From: an uncultured virus (IMG/VR IMGVR_UViG_3300032092_000024)
Lineage: Duplodnaviria > Heunggongvirae > Uroviricota > Caudoviricetes
Length of the DNA: 20,000 nt
Direction: 5' to 3' (one strand)
IMG/VR virus record: IMGVR_UViG_3300032092_000024
A program made the position numbers and the translations under genes. Under the pieces are notes generated by a model that was given only the letters and a program-made list of their open reading frames with translations, searched no databases and had not been told where the DNA came from. Below, piece by piece: positions 9,001 to 14,994 of this stretch. Every line of letters begins with the position of its first letter. Positions within the stretch are counted from its first letter, which is position 1.

Positions 9001-9636
9001 TTTCTTGGCCCCAAACTCGATCAAATCCCCATCCTCTTGCGCGATAATCTTTCCTTCGTCGAGTTCTTTTTTATAGTCTGCGCCACGGGATAGGGATCTT
9101 TGAATATCATCGGGGTCAGTTAATTCGCCTATGTATTGGCGGGCCGTAAAAGCATGTTGGAGAGATTCAATATCTTTCTCATCAAGTCCAGCAGCATATT
9201 GCAAACCTGCCTGAGTTTGACGGCCTATAGCTTTGGCCGTTCCCCAAAGCTGTTGTAGTAGACTTGGATCTTTCCCGGTGTCCCTGGAAATCTGACCCAT
9301 TTCCTTGGCGTAGTCCAAGGTAACTTGGTTGCTCTGCTTTTTAAAATACTCCGAGCTGTCGGGGGAACGATTAAATAAAATACCAGGATTTAAAAGACCC
9401 GATCCTTTAGTGGTTGGGTTATCGCGAGCCTGCTGGAATACTTTACCAAGATCCCCCATATTAGGGATCTGAGATAGATTGCCTCCCACCGCCCCGTCAT
9501 CTGGATTAAACGTAAGCTCCTGCTCAGGAGGCGTAAGCTCCAGAACTTCATCCTGCATTGGCTCCGGCTGGTTGATCTGCTCGGGGGCGAAAGAGGATGG
9601 TTCTTCGATTGGGTTAAGCGGATCGATGGGGGGCAT
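1..9636 (-). CDS. Giant polyvalent protein (>=3212 aa, runs off the left edge), probable virion-ejected internal protein with SF2 helicase, zincin-like and ADP-ribosyltransferase-like domains
   Basis: ATG at 9636 (MPPIDPLNPIEEPSSF...), preceded by an in-frame TGA at 9646-9648. I read every codon of this frame down to position 1 and found no stop (it ends ...FEDFSALRSYYEKMGLTTDE). It is absent from the ORF track, presumably because it lacks a stop in the window. Confidence 0.95.
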   Translation of the reverse strand, partial: MPPIDPLNPIEEPSSFAPEQINQPEPMQDEVLELTPPEQELTFNPDDGAVGGNLSQIPNMGDLGKVFQQARDNPTTKGSGLLNPGILFNRSPDSSEYFKKQSNQVTLDYAKEMGQISRDTGKDPSLLQQLWGTAKAIGRQTQAGLQYAAGLDEKDIESLQHAFTARQYIGELTDPDDIQRSLSRGADYKKELDEGKIIAQEDGDLIEFGAKKGTLFTAGMTIGRAQEYLKDLKSDRRKALGTAGLRNFAVNTGDTFLPFIGVGDIVIDEKDFDQVAKRAALTEAINEVVGKDYLGSTLAGSVLGSVSQFALGGGLAAKAFGAVGKAEAVAGAEELFGKELAQSLAKTAAGTEKTATPLSRAALYGTLGTSQSLKNDPRDLPWYDRLASIGSEGISMALAEELSQRGIEDGAMRAFASDFAKGSVLKNKPLAGALATYALGAGAMTAGEFTSDVIQNILTAQDPVARMAESLAAAGGAGLGMRALGFRSNYRQIQYLVNQYKAVAYRDQISAVVNDPGLDDETKQAQIESLRNNIEPQFTQLFTSVEKGVRLKAALDKVDPSISPETHKVLTEQTEQVGMDVTAEGERIAEELTQKVEEPTAPIAPSETVAPAITSEQPVTPVTEAPKTQPTKPRYVDVEPAALTFKDIPTNEEETQTLLQSMIDSMGQDETPLRFKPSEDTNRFKEWANGNRDVYAKEDKNTGVYTVLGVRDSDGVWYGESDPTEILPNDKDEFLRKREESGGYSQEQLDQMYDIVYDAKSLDELNDLAKTYPEEGNVENRPEEVPAEDQKAIEQKAFRKKLREDVYNNKQQAVKLQEEIDKLPPGPDRAAKQKELEGVNVRAESIKEKEKARVAAENDRSADEQEEKTREKYGNGKLIERGEAILASNKPGGAVQVRLANSKPHPLEDNTIGLGEVFDLNNASTFALLEDLGAISETGDFLMTPNEVIIAYSNRQQDYFNNSPRFDKYKGFDAGDQIRSAIVANAQDLMRQNKKVTLSTVFKFELGDFFELAIPRLRAGVGGGAVQFIEGQSEQSTASGDEVTQEETVDKAPLEDQVAETLGEQTKNSEYKESAKLIVEELKIPFRSSLKNGIDAVSFEWAIGMRNLQSAVAASGMSEQTVKRRGAKLFAEFQKVVKAEYQARQAAGNLPVPVQPKITNKARKGDTITDAQVASIIKEIRLAQELAYIDADLYENLLNGDNSNGGGYGITISRDAQTANVIISTLEGIEAVMLSTFNPEVSIKDAKTDIDFFKNDLNEKQYGAAVAKLEKIQEEFNKSQQSTDPVIQKRGQKNLRDSLVLLTKGVRKDAKYETAEDEAARNSDERAVKNLSKRTKGVVSPTVITTETAGTTQPEPSAVTRPEGKQPTQKPAGGDAVAEAGESGQLPNSGGVVGTEAVGVRGKGPALPKKFVFPFGAHSQINPNVRKTISPATLQILFKEQIYDLVSAISAMDESQQRAFLLANGPGTGKSFVLMGAAKHYAEQGKKVIYISSATSFKNIDWLNSRVEGSIATAAEALGVPLVVRGAKEGPGLTELFPGKVVVTTYNYIDDVAKVVRENPDAVVLFDEHQSVRGVHKAQEKGQKEAPLALEISLLADKVLFASGTPFEKPEQLKAYERLGIFDKASFDQVMTGLGQVKAKLGKSNRSTWIADPALSLEELDDRQSKLLKGLSSIGLFSSRSFSLEGGVTVNRVDVPVSEEAKERLDFIRQKYPNPETPGAEINLIISQRRALEEFKVNAACDLIEKEVALGRQVVLYVSYVKDSEINNPVTDEYILGLKGTADLIRKELARRKSAAVVAELHGEAKGPKGQDKQSIDLFNKQNADVLITTLNKGGVGIELDDKFGPANGGRRRSIIMLTPSVTAIDTVQGIYRAWRLDTASPVDVYMLISDTDADQWALDRHSARIRSLNATMEAGFDKLDVNDNPINKPTFKPEPTQVEGAKTQTIKIEPAPKAETPTSRLENQVTAALQEVYPDGNYNVEFDNEADGVGMAFPGDSDEDDKIVINPEGILAAVAQYELTEEQAREYIAKILAEEIIHVEDFRNSRARGEDVVQENTRLGSMMSLGLRRLVAELYYIKHGIPINNEAAQKNVNDLMNDPFLIALEYKRILTQLRTFGKTTEISAIGQNRQEAVRAYNLIKTMTVGENTGFIEKLLEWLKNFIDTLSGVGTKLGTSKAPNAQALRSALEEVRKDLENLVSEISPKEEVFTGESPNALRQPTKLDFGDLRLYRQINNFLEGNLATGILGVMPANDNARTMPIAQWLNALTGAFNGGLITKEEYMIYKAATEMALRDGKASLYVINNNALKVTEDLTETPLEEGGIVLPVEAFVPFTKSPVSVNRQVDNMKKAGVTVAGIIESLPKPSRDEVQARIDSLEESEPLEQDTSTEAWQLNALKLIIDDIDVLGDDRSGAFPIINVETGEESKEAKAERAQWMKMRKEVLALREKIAAFNDGESPAEQNENAIYKAAVLSQNILLAQKIVDDNLKAEGFNLVGVWHGTSAEAFPAFSTDPKQVFESTSSTKSPQFGAHFGSRFEQAESSGKNVYRAAIKLVNPIRLEDPKNGKWNFDSIAPQLLASNTITQEEYDAIANLRKTGGFRESALQRILIQKGYDGVIYTNNFEGKIADEAAGRTFVPSDSYIVFSNTQIKQADPIVRDNRGTVIDIKQRFPRRAAVGSSPVSLRVTEQEKAEYDKAIANNQFGLAGKIFEKAALRFARPYPSTNYANTPLAYVGFKADGTDNQMYDQAQYSTEIVVVVKFDGQEPFIDGMKGLNFQHALERARRNWEGAVILPVAIGSADPVTFDSNNNPIPLDQRLKPDPRIHTVDLRLMSTPAKPFIRYNLALPGYEVVSGVEKTPNQALVSTINTLYKTNKNQPITFEGESYPLEKRKLLYYRIQNSTSYAYVFSKVGPVRGAGASPAGRIEYSKAVNKLADLQANPEIEHYMRNAAEYKQQPKEVLMQKARDFVELHGVEQTVSLLLADNLAIPFSLETAIALQVVSDLNARADEDPDAAEDMANLQIFLTKKYFTEAGRSVELAKVFNIVAGKPTAMNFVINKTLEQAAKHRIEPYLPELNDIDLSLANANGKAVNELLSNPGVKKVIDKLEELTPKTPTSGRVSGLLEALRRANQDQVVIESLQRFKRRLGKVSAASRPDDEIRLNKDAINDLAEALLAHINIVSQVDPEAVDVLFEDFSALRSYYEKMGLTTDE
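1165..1566 (-). other. Domain of giant protein: second cassette with ART-type flanking motifs and an unknown core
   Basis: Reads AEYDKAIANNQFGLAGKIFEKAA ... VVVVKFDGQEPFIDGMKGLNFQHALERARRNWEGAVI ... SADPVTFDSNNNPIPLDQRL. Confidence 0.6.
1621..2250 (-). other. Domain of giant protein: ADP-ribosyltransferase-like (ART-PolyVal type)
   Basis: VWHGTS (VWHGT at 2131-2145), FGAHFGS, VYRAAIKLVNP, KGYDGVIYTNNFEG and SYIVFSNTQIKQADP occur in the motif order of ART domains in phage polyvalent proteins. Confidence 0.8.
3120..3700 (-). other. Domain of giant protein: zincin-like metallopeptidase fold (MPTase-like), degenerate motif
   Basis: Strand KIVINPEG, then helix IAKILAEEIIHVEDF (EEIIH at 3520-3534), a later ALEYKR helix and an amphipathic FIEKLLEWLKNFIDTL helix. 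Confidence 0.6.
3895..5335 (-). other. Domain of giant protein: Strawberry-notch-like superfamily 2 helicase/ATPase
   Basis: Walker A FLLANGPGTGKS (GPGTGKS 5224-5244), Walker B VLFDEHQ (DEHQ 4927-4938), motif III FASGTP, AYERLGIF, GLFSSRSFSLEG, VAELHG, motif V GGVGIELDD followed by RRRSIIML, motif VI QGIYRAWR, then ARIRSLNA. Confidence 0.88.
5361..5711 (-). CDS. Candidate overprinted gene (116 aa) in an alternative frame inside the giant gene
   Basis: ATG at 5711 is preceded by AAAGGAG with a 9 nt spacer, and a second in-frame ATG is preceded by AAAGGA with an 8 nt spacer. The ORF spans a low-complexity linker of the host frame. Confidence 0.4.
   Translation of the reverse strand: MQNMKQQKMKPQETLTNEPSKTSLSEPKVSYPPQSLRQKLLGQLNLSPVPLPDPRGNSPRKSPQEVMQSLKQESQDNFLTPEELLAQRQWGFGAKVQPSPRSSSSPSEPTVKSTRM
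6225..6790 (-). other. Domain of giant protein: possible degenerate ECF sigma-factor-like / HTH region
   Basis: SLKNGIDAVSFEWAIGMRNLQSAVAASGMSEQTVKRRGAKLFAEFQK resembles a sigma region 4 HTH. Upstream DAGDQIRSAIVANAQ...TLSTVFKFELGDFF...RAGVGGG weakly resembles region 2. Confidence 0.4.
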
Positions 9637-9652
9637 AGTTAAAGCTCATGTA

Positions 9653-11203
9653 TTACTCTGACCTGCCCGCAATATTACCGACTCCGGAACCAGTTGTCTC
9701 CTTATTTTTTCGAGAAAGTAAGCCATTGTACCCACCCGTTTGGGCGTAATAAGTATCGTAATATTGTTTGATTGTCATCGTCTTTCCTGTCTTAGTATCC
9801 TTAATTGTGCTGTTGGGGCTACGAGAAAGAGCGATCTGATCCTGCTGGCTAAGATTCGAAGTTGGGGTTACGGCGGAAGGCTGTTGCGCTACTTGTGTTT
9901 GAGCCCGAACAGGAGGAGTGGTCCTGACGTAATTCAAAGAAGGCGCTGGTTGTTTAGTATTCGAAGTGGTTTTGCCTGTGGTAGCTGGAATAGCTGATGC
10001 TCCCTGAACGAGGAACTGGTCAAATAGACTCTGATTGGGGAGTTTGAGTTTATTTCTGGCAAACCATTCTTGAACTGCTTTTTTGGAAGCTTTAGTGCGA
10101 GCTCCAGTTCTAGGATTGATTGTGCCATCATCGCCAATTTCTTCTTCCAAAGAAGGGGGCGGGTCGGACCAAGTTACTCCACCCTCCGTTTGAACCGCCT
10201 GATCGGGATACATTTTGACCAAAGCTGAAGCTAGGTTATGCATCGCAATATCATCTTTTTCTAGAGCTTTAATTGCTTTTGATTTGTTATACACCAAAGC
10301 AAAATTCTTGATATCTTCAAAATAGCCGGGGGAAGTGCCACGAATTTCGGGGGGATATTTGGCCATGATTTTATCGAATTGCTCCTGCCCATCCCCAAGA
10401 GATTTAAATGTCCCTAGCTGGACAAGGGATGCCATTGATGAAGCATCTTCATCGCTCATTAATTTTGCGTGGGCAGCCCGAGCGTTGTTAATGTTTTCTT
10501 GCAACATCTTTCTAATTCCTGGGTCAGTATTTCGGAGTTGGCTGTAACTAGTTGTTAAATCTTTCGTGGCCAAATCCAATTCGGTAGGAGTCATGGTTTC
10601 AAGATTGAGGGACATCGGGGAAGAGGCAATTGCATATGCCTGATCTTGTGTCTTAAGATTTATATTTTCTTGCTCCATTGCTCGTTGAGTATTCACGGCT
10701 TCTTTAGCTGCTTTCGCGGTCTTTAAATACTCAGCTGTGTTTTGCATTGTCTGGCTGGCTTTTAAGCTAGCTTCCTGAATTTTATACGGGTCACCACTGC
10801 TATACGCCGTCTCAAGTTCGTTCTGCATAACGGAAGAGTTTTCTTCTTGGAGCCGTTTACGCTCTTCCTCTTTGGCTTTAATTAATTCTTTTTGCCTGTC
10901 AAAATCAAACTTACGTTCAGCTAAATCGTTCTCAAAACTTTTTTGCATCATCCCGGAACGATATTGTTCTAGCTGGCGGGCGTTATCAATGCTTGCCGCC
11001 TGGATTCTTTGTGAATCTAGATCGGCTTGGCGCGCCGAGTTCTCGCGTTGGGCCGCAAGTTGAGCATAACCCAAACCAATCTGGGCTTGAGCCTGCTCAT
11101 TCTGCTGGAAAAGCTGCTGCTTTTTTAGGTAATTGTCACGAAGATCACCAATAATCCCTCGGACTTGACTTACGTAATCGGGGGCATTTGGAGAGAGGGC
11201 CAT
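9653..11203 (-). CDS. Putative internal virion / ejection protein (516 aa, Gln-rich coiled-coil N-terminus)
   Basis: Long ORF, predominantly helical and Q/E/K/R-rich, positioned between the small ejection-type genes and the giant gene, as T7 gp15 analogues are. The function is inferred from position only. Confidence 0.7.
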   Translation of the reverse strand: MALSPNAPDYVSQVRGIIGDLRDNYLKKQQLFQQNEQAQAQIGLGYAQLAAQRENSARQADLDSQRIQAASIDNARQLEQYRSGMMQKSFENDLAERKFDFDRQKELIKAKEEERKRLQEENSSVMQNELETAYSSGDPYKIQEASLKASQTMQNTAEYLKTAKAAKEAVNTQRAMEQENINLKTQDQAYAIASSPMSLNLETMTPTELDLATKDLTTSYSQLRNTDPGIRKMLQENINNARAAHAKLMSDEDASSMASLVQLGTFKSLGDGQEQFDKIMAKYPPEIRGTSPGYFEDIKNFALVYNKSKAIKALEKDDIAMHNLASALVKMYPDQAVQTEGGVTWSDPPPSLEEEIGDDGTINPRTGARTKASKKAVQEWFARNKLKLPNQSLFDQFLVQGASAIPATTGKTTSNTKQPAPSLNYVRTTPPVRAQTQVAQQPSAVTPTSNLSQQDQIALSRSPNSTIKDTKTGKTMTIKQYYDTYYAQTGGYNGLLSRKNKETTGSGVGNIAGRSE

Positions 11204-11212
11204 ATAGCAGAT

Positions 11213-11240
11213 ATACTAGCAACACCAAATTCCATGTCTA
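11213..11240 (-). promoter_or_regulatory. Putative sigma70-type promoter (TAGACA-16 nt-TAGTAT, extended -10 TG), 9 nt upstream of the ATG at 11203
   Basis: The minus strand reads TAGACA TGGAATTTGGTGTTGC TAGTAT ATCTGCTAT ATG, within the largest intergenic gap of the window. There is no Shine-Dalgarno. Confidence 0.55.
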
Positions 11241-11279
11241 GTGCTTCTTTGAAATCCTAAAATATTCATCTTAAAATTT

Positions 11280-12227
11280 TTATCCAAAACTACTTCCGCG
11301 TCGTGCATATTGTCTGGCATTGGCCTCGGCATTCCGTATCCATTCTTCATCTACTCTATTCTTATTCTTATCGGACGAGTGACCGATCAAATCCTGACCA
11401 GCTTCCACACGTCTCCTATTCTCTGCGGCTCGTACTTCTCCTACATGCATAGGACTAGTCGCTTGCCTAATCCGTTCTTGTTTTTTAAAAGCTATTGTAT
11501 CGGGAGAATCCGGCCGAGTTGCCGAATAAGTTCCGGGGGTATAGCCAACATACATCCCTTTCTGAATATCAAATTGTCCGGGCTTCGGTTGTGATTGATA
11601 CTCATTCATAATGTTTTGATTTTGAATATCTAAATTAGTTTTCATTCGGTTTGCCTCAGTTCTAAACACTAAATTCGGGTCAATTTGGTTCATAGCTTTC
11701 ATAGCCTGAGATGAAATTTGAACACTTTGCCCTAATAAAGCAGCCCCTTGTTGTTTGACTTGCAAAGAACTCAAACCAAAATCTCGAGCTAGCAGATTTC
11801 TGCCCATGCCAGATCTGCCGCCAAATCCGCCGCTAAATCCTAGGGCGGCTGTATTTCTGCCAATTTCTCCAACCATATCCCTTCCAAGTTGACCCGTTGC
11901 CATCTGAGCCCCGGACGCTGATAAAGCCTTAAGCCCAGCCTCCAGGTCGGGGTTCATCTCTTGAAATTGTTGGCGAAATGGAGCGTTAGCCTCATAAGCT
12001 TTCTTCCCCATGTCGCCATAGTCCAAAGATAATTCTTTTAAGGTCGGAGCTTTCCCTAAATAAAAATCCATTGGTGGCTCCTCTGGCGGTTCCCGCCAAA
12101 GCCAAGAAGCACTTAATGTTGGCCCGCGACCTACCCCAGATCCTCCGCCTTTTCTAGGTGTTGAAATACCGCTTATCCCGGGTCCATATTTACTGTCACC
12201 GGGGAAGGTACCTGGAGTCAGGCTCAT
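11280..12227 (-). CDS. Putative ejection/pilot-type virion protein, paralog B (315 aa)
   Basis: Start reassigned to the ATG at 12227 (MSLTPGTFPG), which has AAGGA upstream and avoids overlap with the preceding gene. Gly/Ala/Gln/Met-rich core, paralogous to 12248..13321. Confidence 0.8.
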   Translation of the reverse strand: MSLTPGTFPGDSKYGPGISGISTPRKGGGSGVGRGPTLSASWLWREPPEEPPMDFYLGKAPTLKELSLDYGDMGKKAYEANAPFRQQFQEMNPDLEAGLKALSASGAQMATGQLGRDMVGEIGRNTAALGFSGGFGGRSGMGRNLLARDFGLSSLQVKQQGAALLGQSVQISSQAMKAMNQIDPNLVFRTEANRMKTNLDIQNQNIMNEYQSQPKPGQFDIQKGMYVGYTPGTYSATRPDSPDTIAFKKQERIRQATSPMHVGEVRAAENRRRVEAGQDLIGHSSDKNKNRVDEEWIRNAEANARQYARRGSSFG

Positions 12228-12247
12228 ATACTTTCCTTCATGCTCTA

Positions 12248-13321
12248 TTAAGAATATTGTGGTACGTATGCGCTTCCAGTCCAATTTGATGCCTTTTCCC
12301 TAATCGCGGCATTCTCTCTGTCTATTTGGGCGTTACGGGCCTCCTCTCGTGCAAGCCAATTGCCACCAGCAAACATTCCTTGGCTCTTTGGTTTTTCTAT
12401 AAATGTTGTGCCAGGTAAAAGAGGACGTGTATCTGAATATTGACCGGGAGTAAAGGATACATACTTGCCTTTTTGAATATCAAATTGGCCGGGCAATGCT
12501 TGGCTCTGCCAAGCATTAAGAAGATTTTGATTTCCTATCTGTTGATTTATAGAAGCTTCATTCGCTGCTGTTGAGAATATCTCAGTGGCTGAGACCGGCA
12601 TCATTGCGGTCATTGCTTGTTGTGCCAACCCTGTAGCTTGTGCTAACAAATTAGCGCCCTGCTGTTGGGCCTGAATAACGCTTATTCCCACATCCCTAGC
12701 TAGTCTTGCGCGTCCAGCCCCGGATCTTCCGCCAAGTCCACTTCCAAAACCAAGTAAAGCATTGGTCCGTCCGAGCTCACCCATTGCCTCTCGCCCAATT
12801 TGACCGGTTGCGTAAGTTGCTCCCGCCTGAGATAAGGCTCTGGTACCAGCTTCTGCCATAGGGTTAAATTGTCTAAACTGGTCTGCAAAAGGTTTATTCA
12901 CCTCCATGACGCGTTTTCCCATTTGACTATAATCTAAATTCAATTCTTTTAGGGTTGGCGCTGGTCCTAAATTAAACTCAACAGGTGTGGCAGCTTGTTG
13001 CTGCTGCTGTTGTGGCATTATATACCCTCCTCCTCCCCCTCCTCCACTGGGTTTTTTGGCGGGGGTAGAAAATCCGCTTACTTTGTTTCCACTCTCATCT
13101 ACGTATCCACCCCCTTCTAATTTTCTATATATATGCCCATTGGCCCCTTGTATTTCTGGACCATAAGCTGCTTGGGCGGGTTTATTGCCAATTCCAAATT
13201 GGCTCCCAGTATTTACACCTGGAACTCCGCTCTGAAGACTACCTCTATTAGATTGGTCCGCTGACTTAAAAAGTCCGGCTGTACTGCTTGGTGCTCGTGA
13301 AGCTGAAAATTGTACTGCCAT
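12248..13321 (-). CDS. Putative ejection/pilot-type virion protein, paralog A (357 aa)
   Basis: Starts 2 nt after the upstream stop (TAATTATG). Gly/Ala/Gln-rich, with poly-G and poly-Q tracts, and shares a 185-aa core with the next gene. Confidence 0.8.
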   Translation of the reverse strand: MAVQFSASRAPSSTAGLFKSADQSNRGSLQSGVPGVNTGSQFGIGNKPAQAAYGPEIQGANGHIYRKLEGGGYVDESGNKVSGFSTPAKKPSGGGGGGGYIMPQQQQQQAATPVEFNLGPAPTLKELNLDYSQMGKRVMEVNKPFADQFRQFNPMAEAGTRALSQAGATYATGQIGREAMGELGRTNALLGFGSGLGGRSGAGRARLARDVGISVIQAQQQGANLLAQATGLAQQAMTAMMPVSATEIFSTAANEASINQQIGNQNLLNAWQSQALPGQFDIQKGKYVSFTPGQYSDTRPLLPGTTFIEKPKSQGMFAGGNWLAREEARNAQIDRENAAIREKASNWTGSAYVPQYS

Positions 13322-13323
13322 AA

Positions 13324-14535
13324 TTATGCCATGTTCGGGATTTCTCCCATTGCGAACATCTCCATTTGAATCTGGGGTCTGCCTATGTTTGCCCCCTCTA
13401 CTTCTTTCAATTCTTCTTGTAGAAGGGCAAGAGCTTTTCCTTCATACTGAGCAGCTTCTTCCAGGTTATTGTTTTCTTCTTTTTCAATGGCGATCGCCAT
13501 CATCTTTAAAGCTCCAAGATTGGTCACGATTAAATCGTCGTCATCGCTTACTGCGGGAATAAACTTTCTTTTTGCAAGCACGGTCACAGTAGCTCCCCCT
13601 TCACTTTCAAATCCAGGAATTGCGTAGCGTCGATATTGAGGCAAAGTCTCGCTGGGCGCAAGTATGGCGATGCAGGACTCAGAACCCGTGGTCGGATCAA
13701 CTGCATAGACACGGACCCAACCTTTCGTTGCAGTTTTGTTTATGGCATCGATGGATCGGAAAGCATTAACTGTGGTGCGGGGGAGTTCTGTTGTTGTCAG
13801 GGATGGCGTAAAGGTTGCTTGCCAGGGATAATTACTGTTACCAGAAGAAATTGCAACCTGGGTGCTAGATGCATTTAAAACGCGCCAAACAGATGCATTA
13901 TTCGATATAATCCAACCCTCAAGATTTCTATACTTGGGCTTTGAATTTTCGGTTGTAAAAAAAGCGAACACAGAATTTCCATCAGTGTTGGAACCAGTAA
14001 ATCCAGAAACCAACACGCTGGAATTACCAGAGCCGGCGCTCAAGTTCAAACGCTCGCCGTCGATCATAGCGCCACCCTCCTGCGTCTGAACCCGGTTATT
14101 GTAAGAGTCGGAACCGCGGAACAAAATGGTTGAAGTGGAATCCTCAATCAGGTCGGTGTAAACCCGAATATATTTTTGAGACTCAATCGAACGAAAGCAA
14201 GGAACATATCCACGATCTTGTAGTTGCCTCCAAGCTCCTACTGTAGACATTCCCGGGCCATTAGCCATGAACTCATACCACTGGTTGTAAACTTGCGCCG
14301 GAGCGCCGGAGTAGTTGTAGCCAAGAATTGATTCAAACTCGCGCGGAAGAGTGATGCATCCTCCGTAAACACAAACGGAATATCGAGCATAAGTTCCCGC
14401 GTACAATCCTTTATTGAGCAAACGTTCCTGCGCTTCGTTGGTACGGGCAAGCAACTGCGGATCGGTCGCGCACATCCCGTTCTGGGTTACGCGGGCCAAT
14501 TGTTCTTTAACCGATCCGTAAGTACGACGAATCAT
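13324..14535 (-). CDS. Putative head-tail adaptor / tail tubular protein (403 aa)
   Basis: N-terminal helices (LLARTNEAQERLL), a ITLPREFESI motif, a beta-rich middle and C-terminal helices (LGALKMMAIA...AAQYEGKALALL) match the layout of podovirus adaptor proteins. ATGA overlap with the upstream gene. Confidence 0.6.
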   Translation of the reverse strand: MIRRTYGSVKEQLARVTQNGMCATDPQLLARTNEAQERLLNKGLYAGTYARYSVCVYGGCITLPREFESILGYNYSGAPAQVYNQWYEFMANGPGMSTVGAWRQLQDRGYVPCFRSIESQKYIRVYTDLIEDSTSTILFRGSDSYNNRVQTQEGGAMIDGERLNLSAGSGNSSVLVSGFTGSNTDGNSVFAFFTTENSKPKYRNLEGWIISNNASVWRVLNASSTQVAISSGNSNYPWQATFTPSLTTTELPRTTVNAFRSIDAINKTATKGWVRVYAVDPTTGSESCIAILAPSETLPQYRRYAIPGFESEGGATVTVLAKRKFIPAVSDDDDLIVTNLGALKMMAIAIEKEENNNLEEAAQYEGKALALLQEELKEVEGANIGRPQIQMEMFAMGEIPNMA

Positions 14536-14957
14536 TCGTAGTACCCCACGTAAACTTTATACCTACCATTTGTGGGTGGAACTGGTGTAATCGGAGTCAA
14601 TTTACTAATTCCATTAACAACATAAGCCGTATTACCGACACCCCATGGAGATGAAATCTCTGCATTTACGTCTGTCAAAATAATATCGCCAAAAGAAAAA
14701 GGAGTGAATTCCTGCCACGAACCGCTTGAAAACAATCGTATTGATTGAGGTTCTCCCGGATTAGCTGGATTTGTTTGAAACCAAACCTTATCGTTATCGG
14801 AGGGCGATGGTGTCGTGCTGGATATAACGATAGTACTTAGCGTACTACTAGAGATAACTGACAGATACGACTCCAAAAGCTGTAAGAGACCCTGTAGAGT
14901 GGCTGGATATCCTGTATTTGCTGGCACAGTAGCAGCAGTTATTGAATATACGGCCAT
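14532..14957 (-). CDS. Small tail-associated protein, paralog 2 (141 aa)
   Basis: Clean ORF in the operon, with an ISSTTPSPSDNDKVWFQT motif typical of phage tail/fibre proteins. Paralogous to 14991..15455. Confidence 0.75.
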   Translation of the reverse strand: MAVYSITAATVPANTGYPATLQGLLQLLESYLSVISSSTLSTIVISSTTPSPSDNDKVWFQTNPANPGEPQSIRLFSSGSWQEFTPFSFGDIILTDVNAEISSPWGVGNTAYVVNGISKLTPITPVPPTNGRYKVYVGYYE

Positions 14958-14966
14958 AGCTTACTT

Positions 14967-14994
14967 AGATTAACGAGTTGGTTTTTTGTGTCAA
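14967..14994 (-). promoter_or_regulatory. Putative sigma70-type promoter (TTGACA-16 nt-TAATCT), 9 nt upstream of the ATG at 14957
   Basis: The minus strand reads TTGACA CAAAAAACCAACTCGT TAATCT AAGTAAGCT ATG. The -35 box overlaps the TGA stop of the upstream gene. There is no Shine-Dalgarno. Confidence 0.55.

Noticed and set aside
1..9636. Stop-codon reassignment or a gene-poor region as the explanation for no long ORF being listed in 1-9.6 kb
   Set aside because: The standard code gives one fully open frame, so no recoding is needed.
11254..11276. Weak AT-rich inverted repeat after the stop at 11280 as a possible terminator
   Set aside because: The stem depends on several G-U pairs, has no GC core and lacks a clear U-tract.
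12228..12284. Longer start (MDWKRIRTT...) given for the 334-aa ORF
   Set aside because: It uses a TTG start overlapping the upstream gene. The ATG at 12227 has an SD and no overlap.
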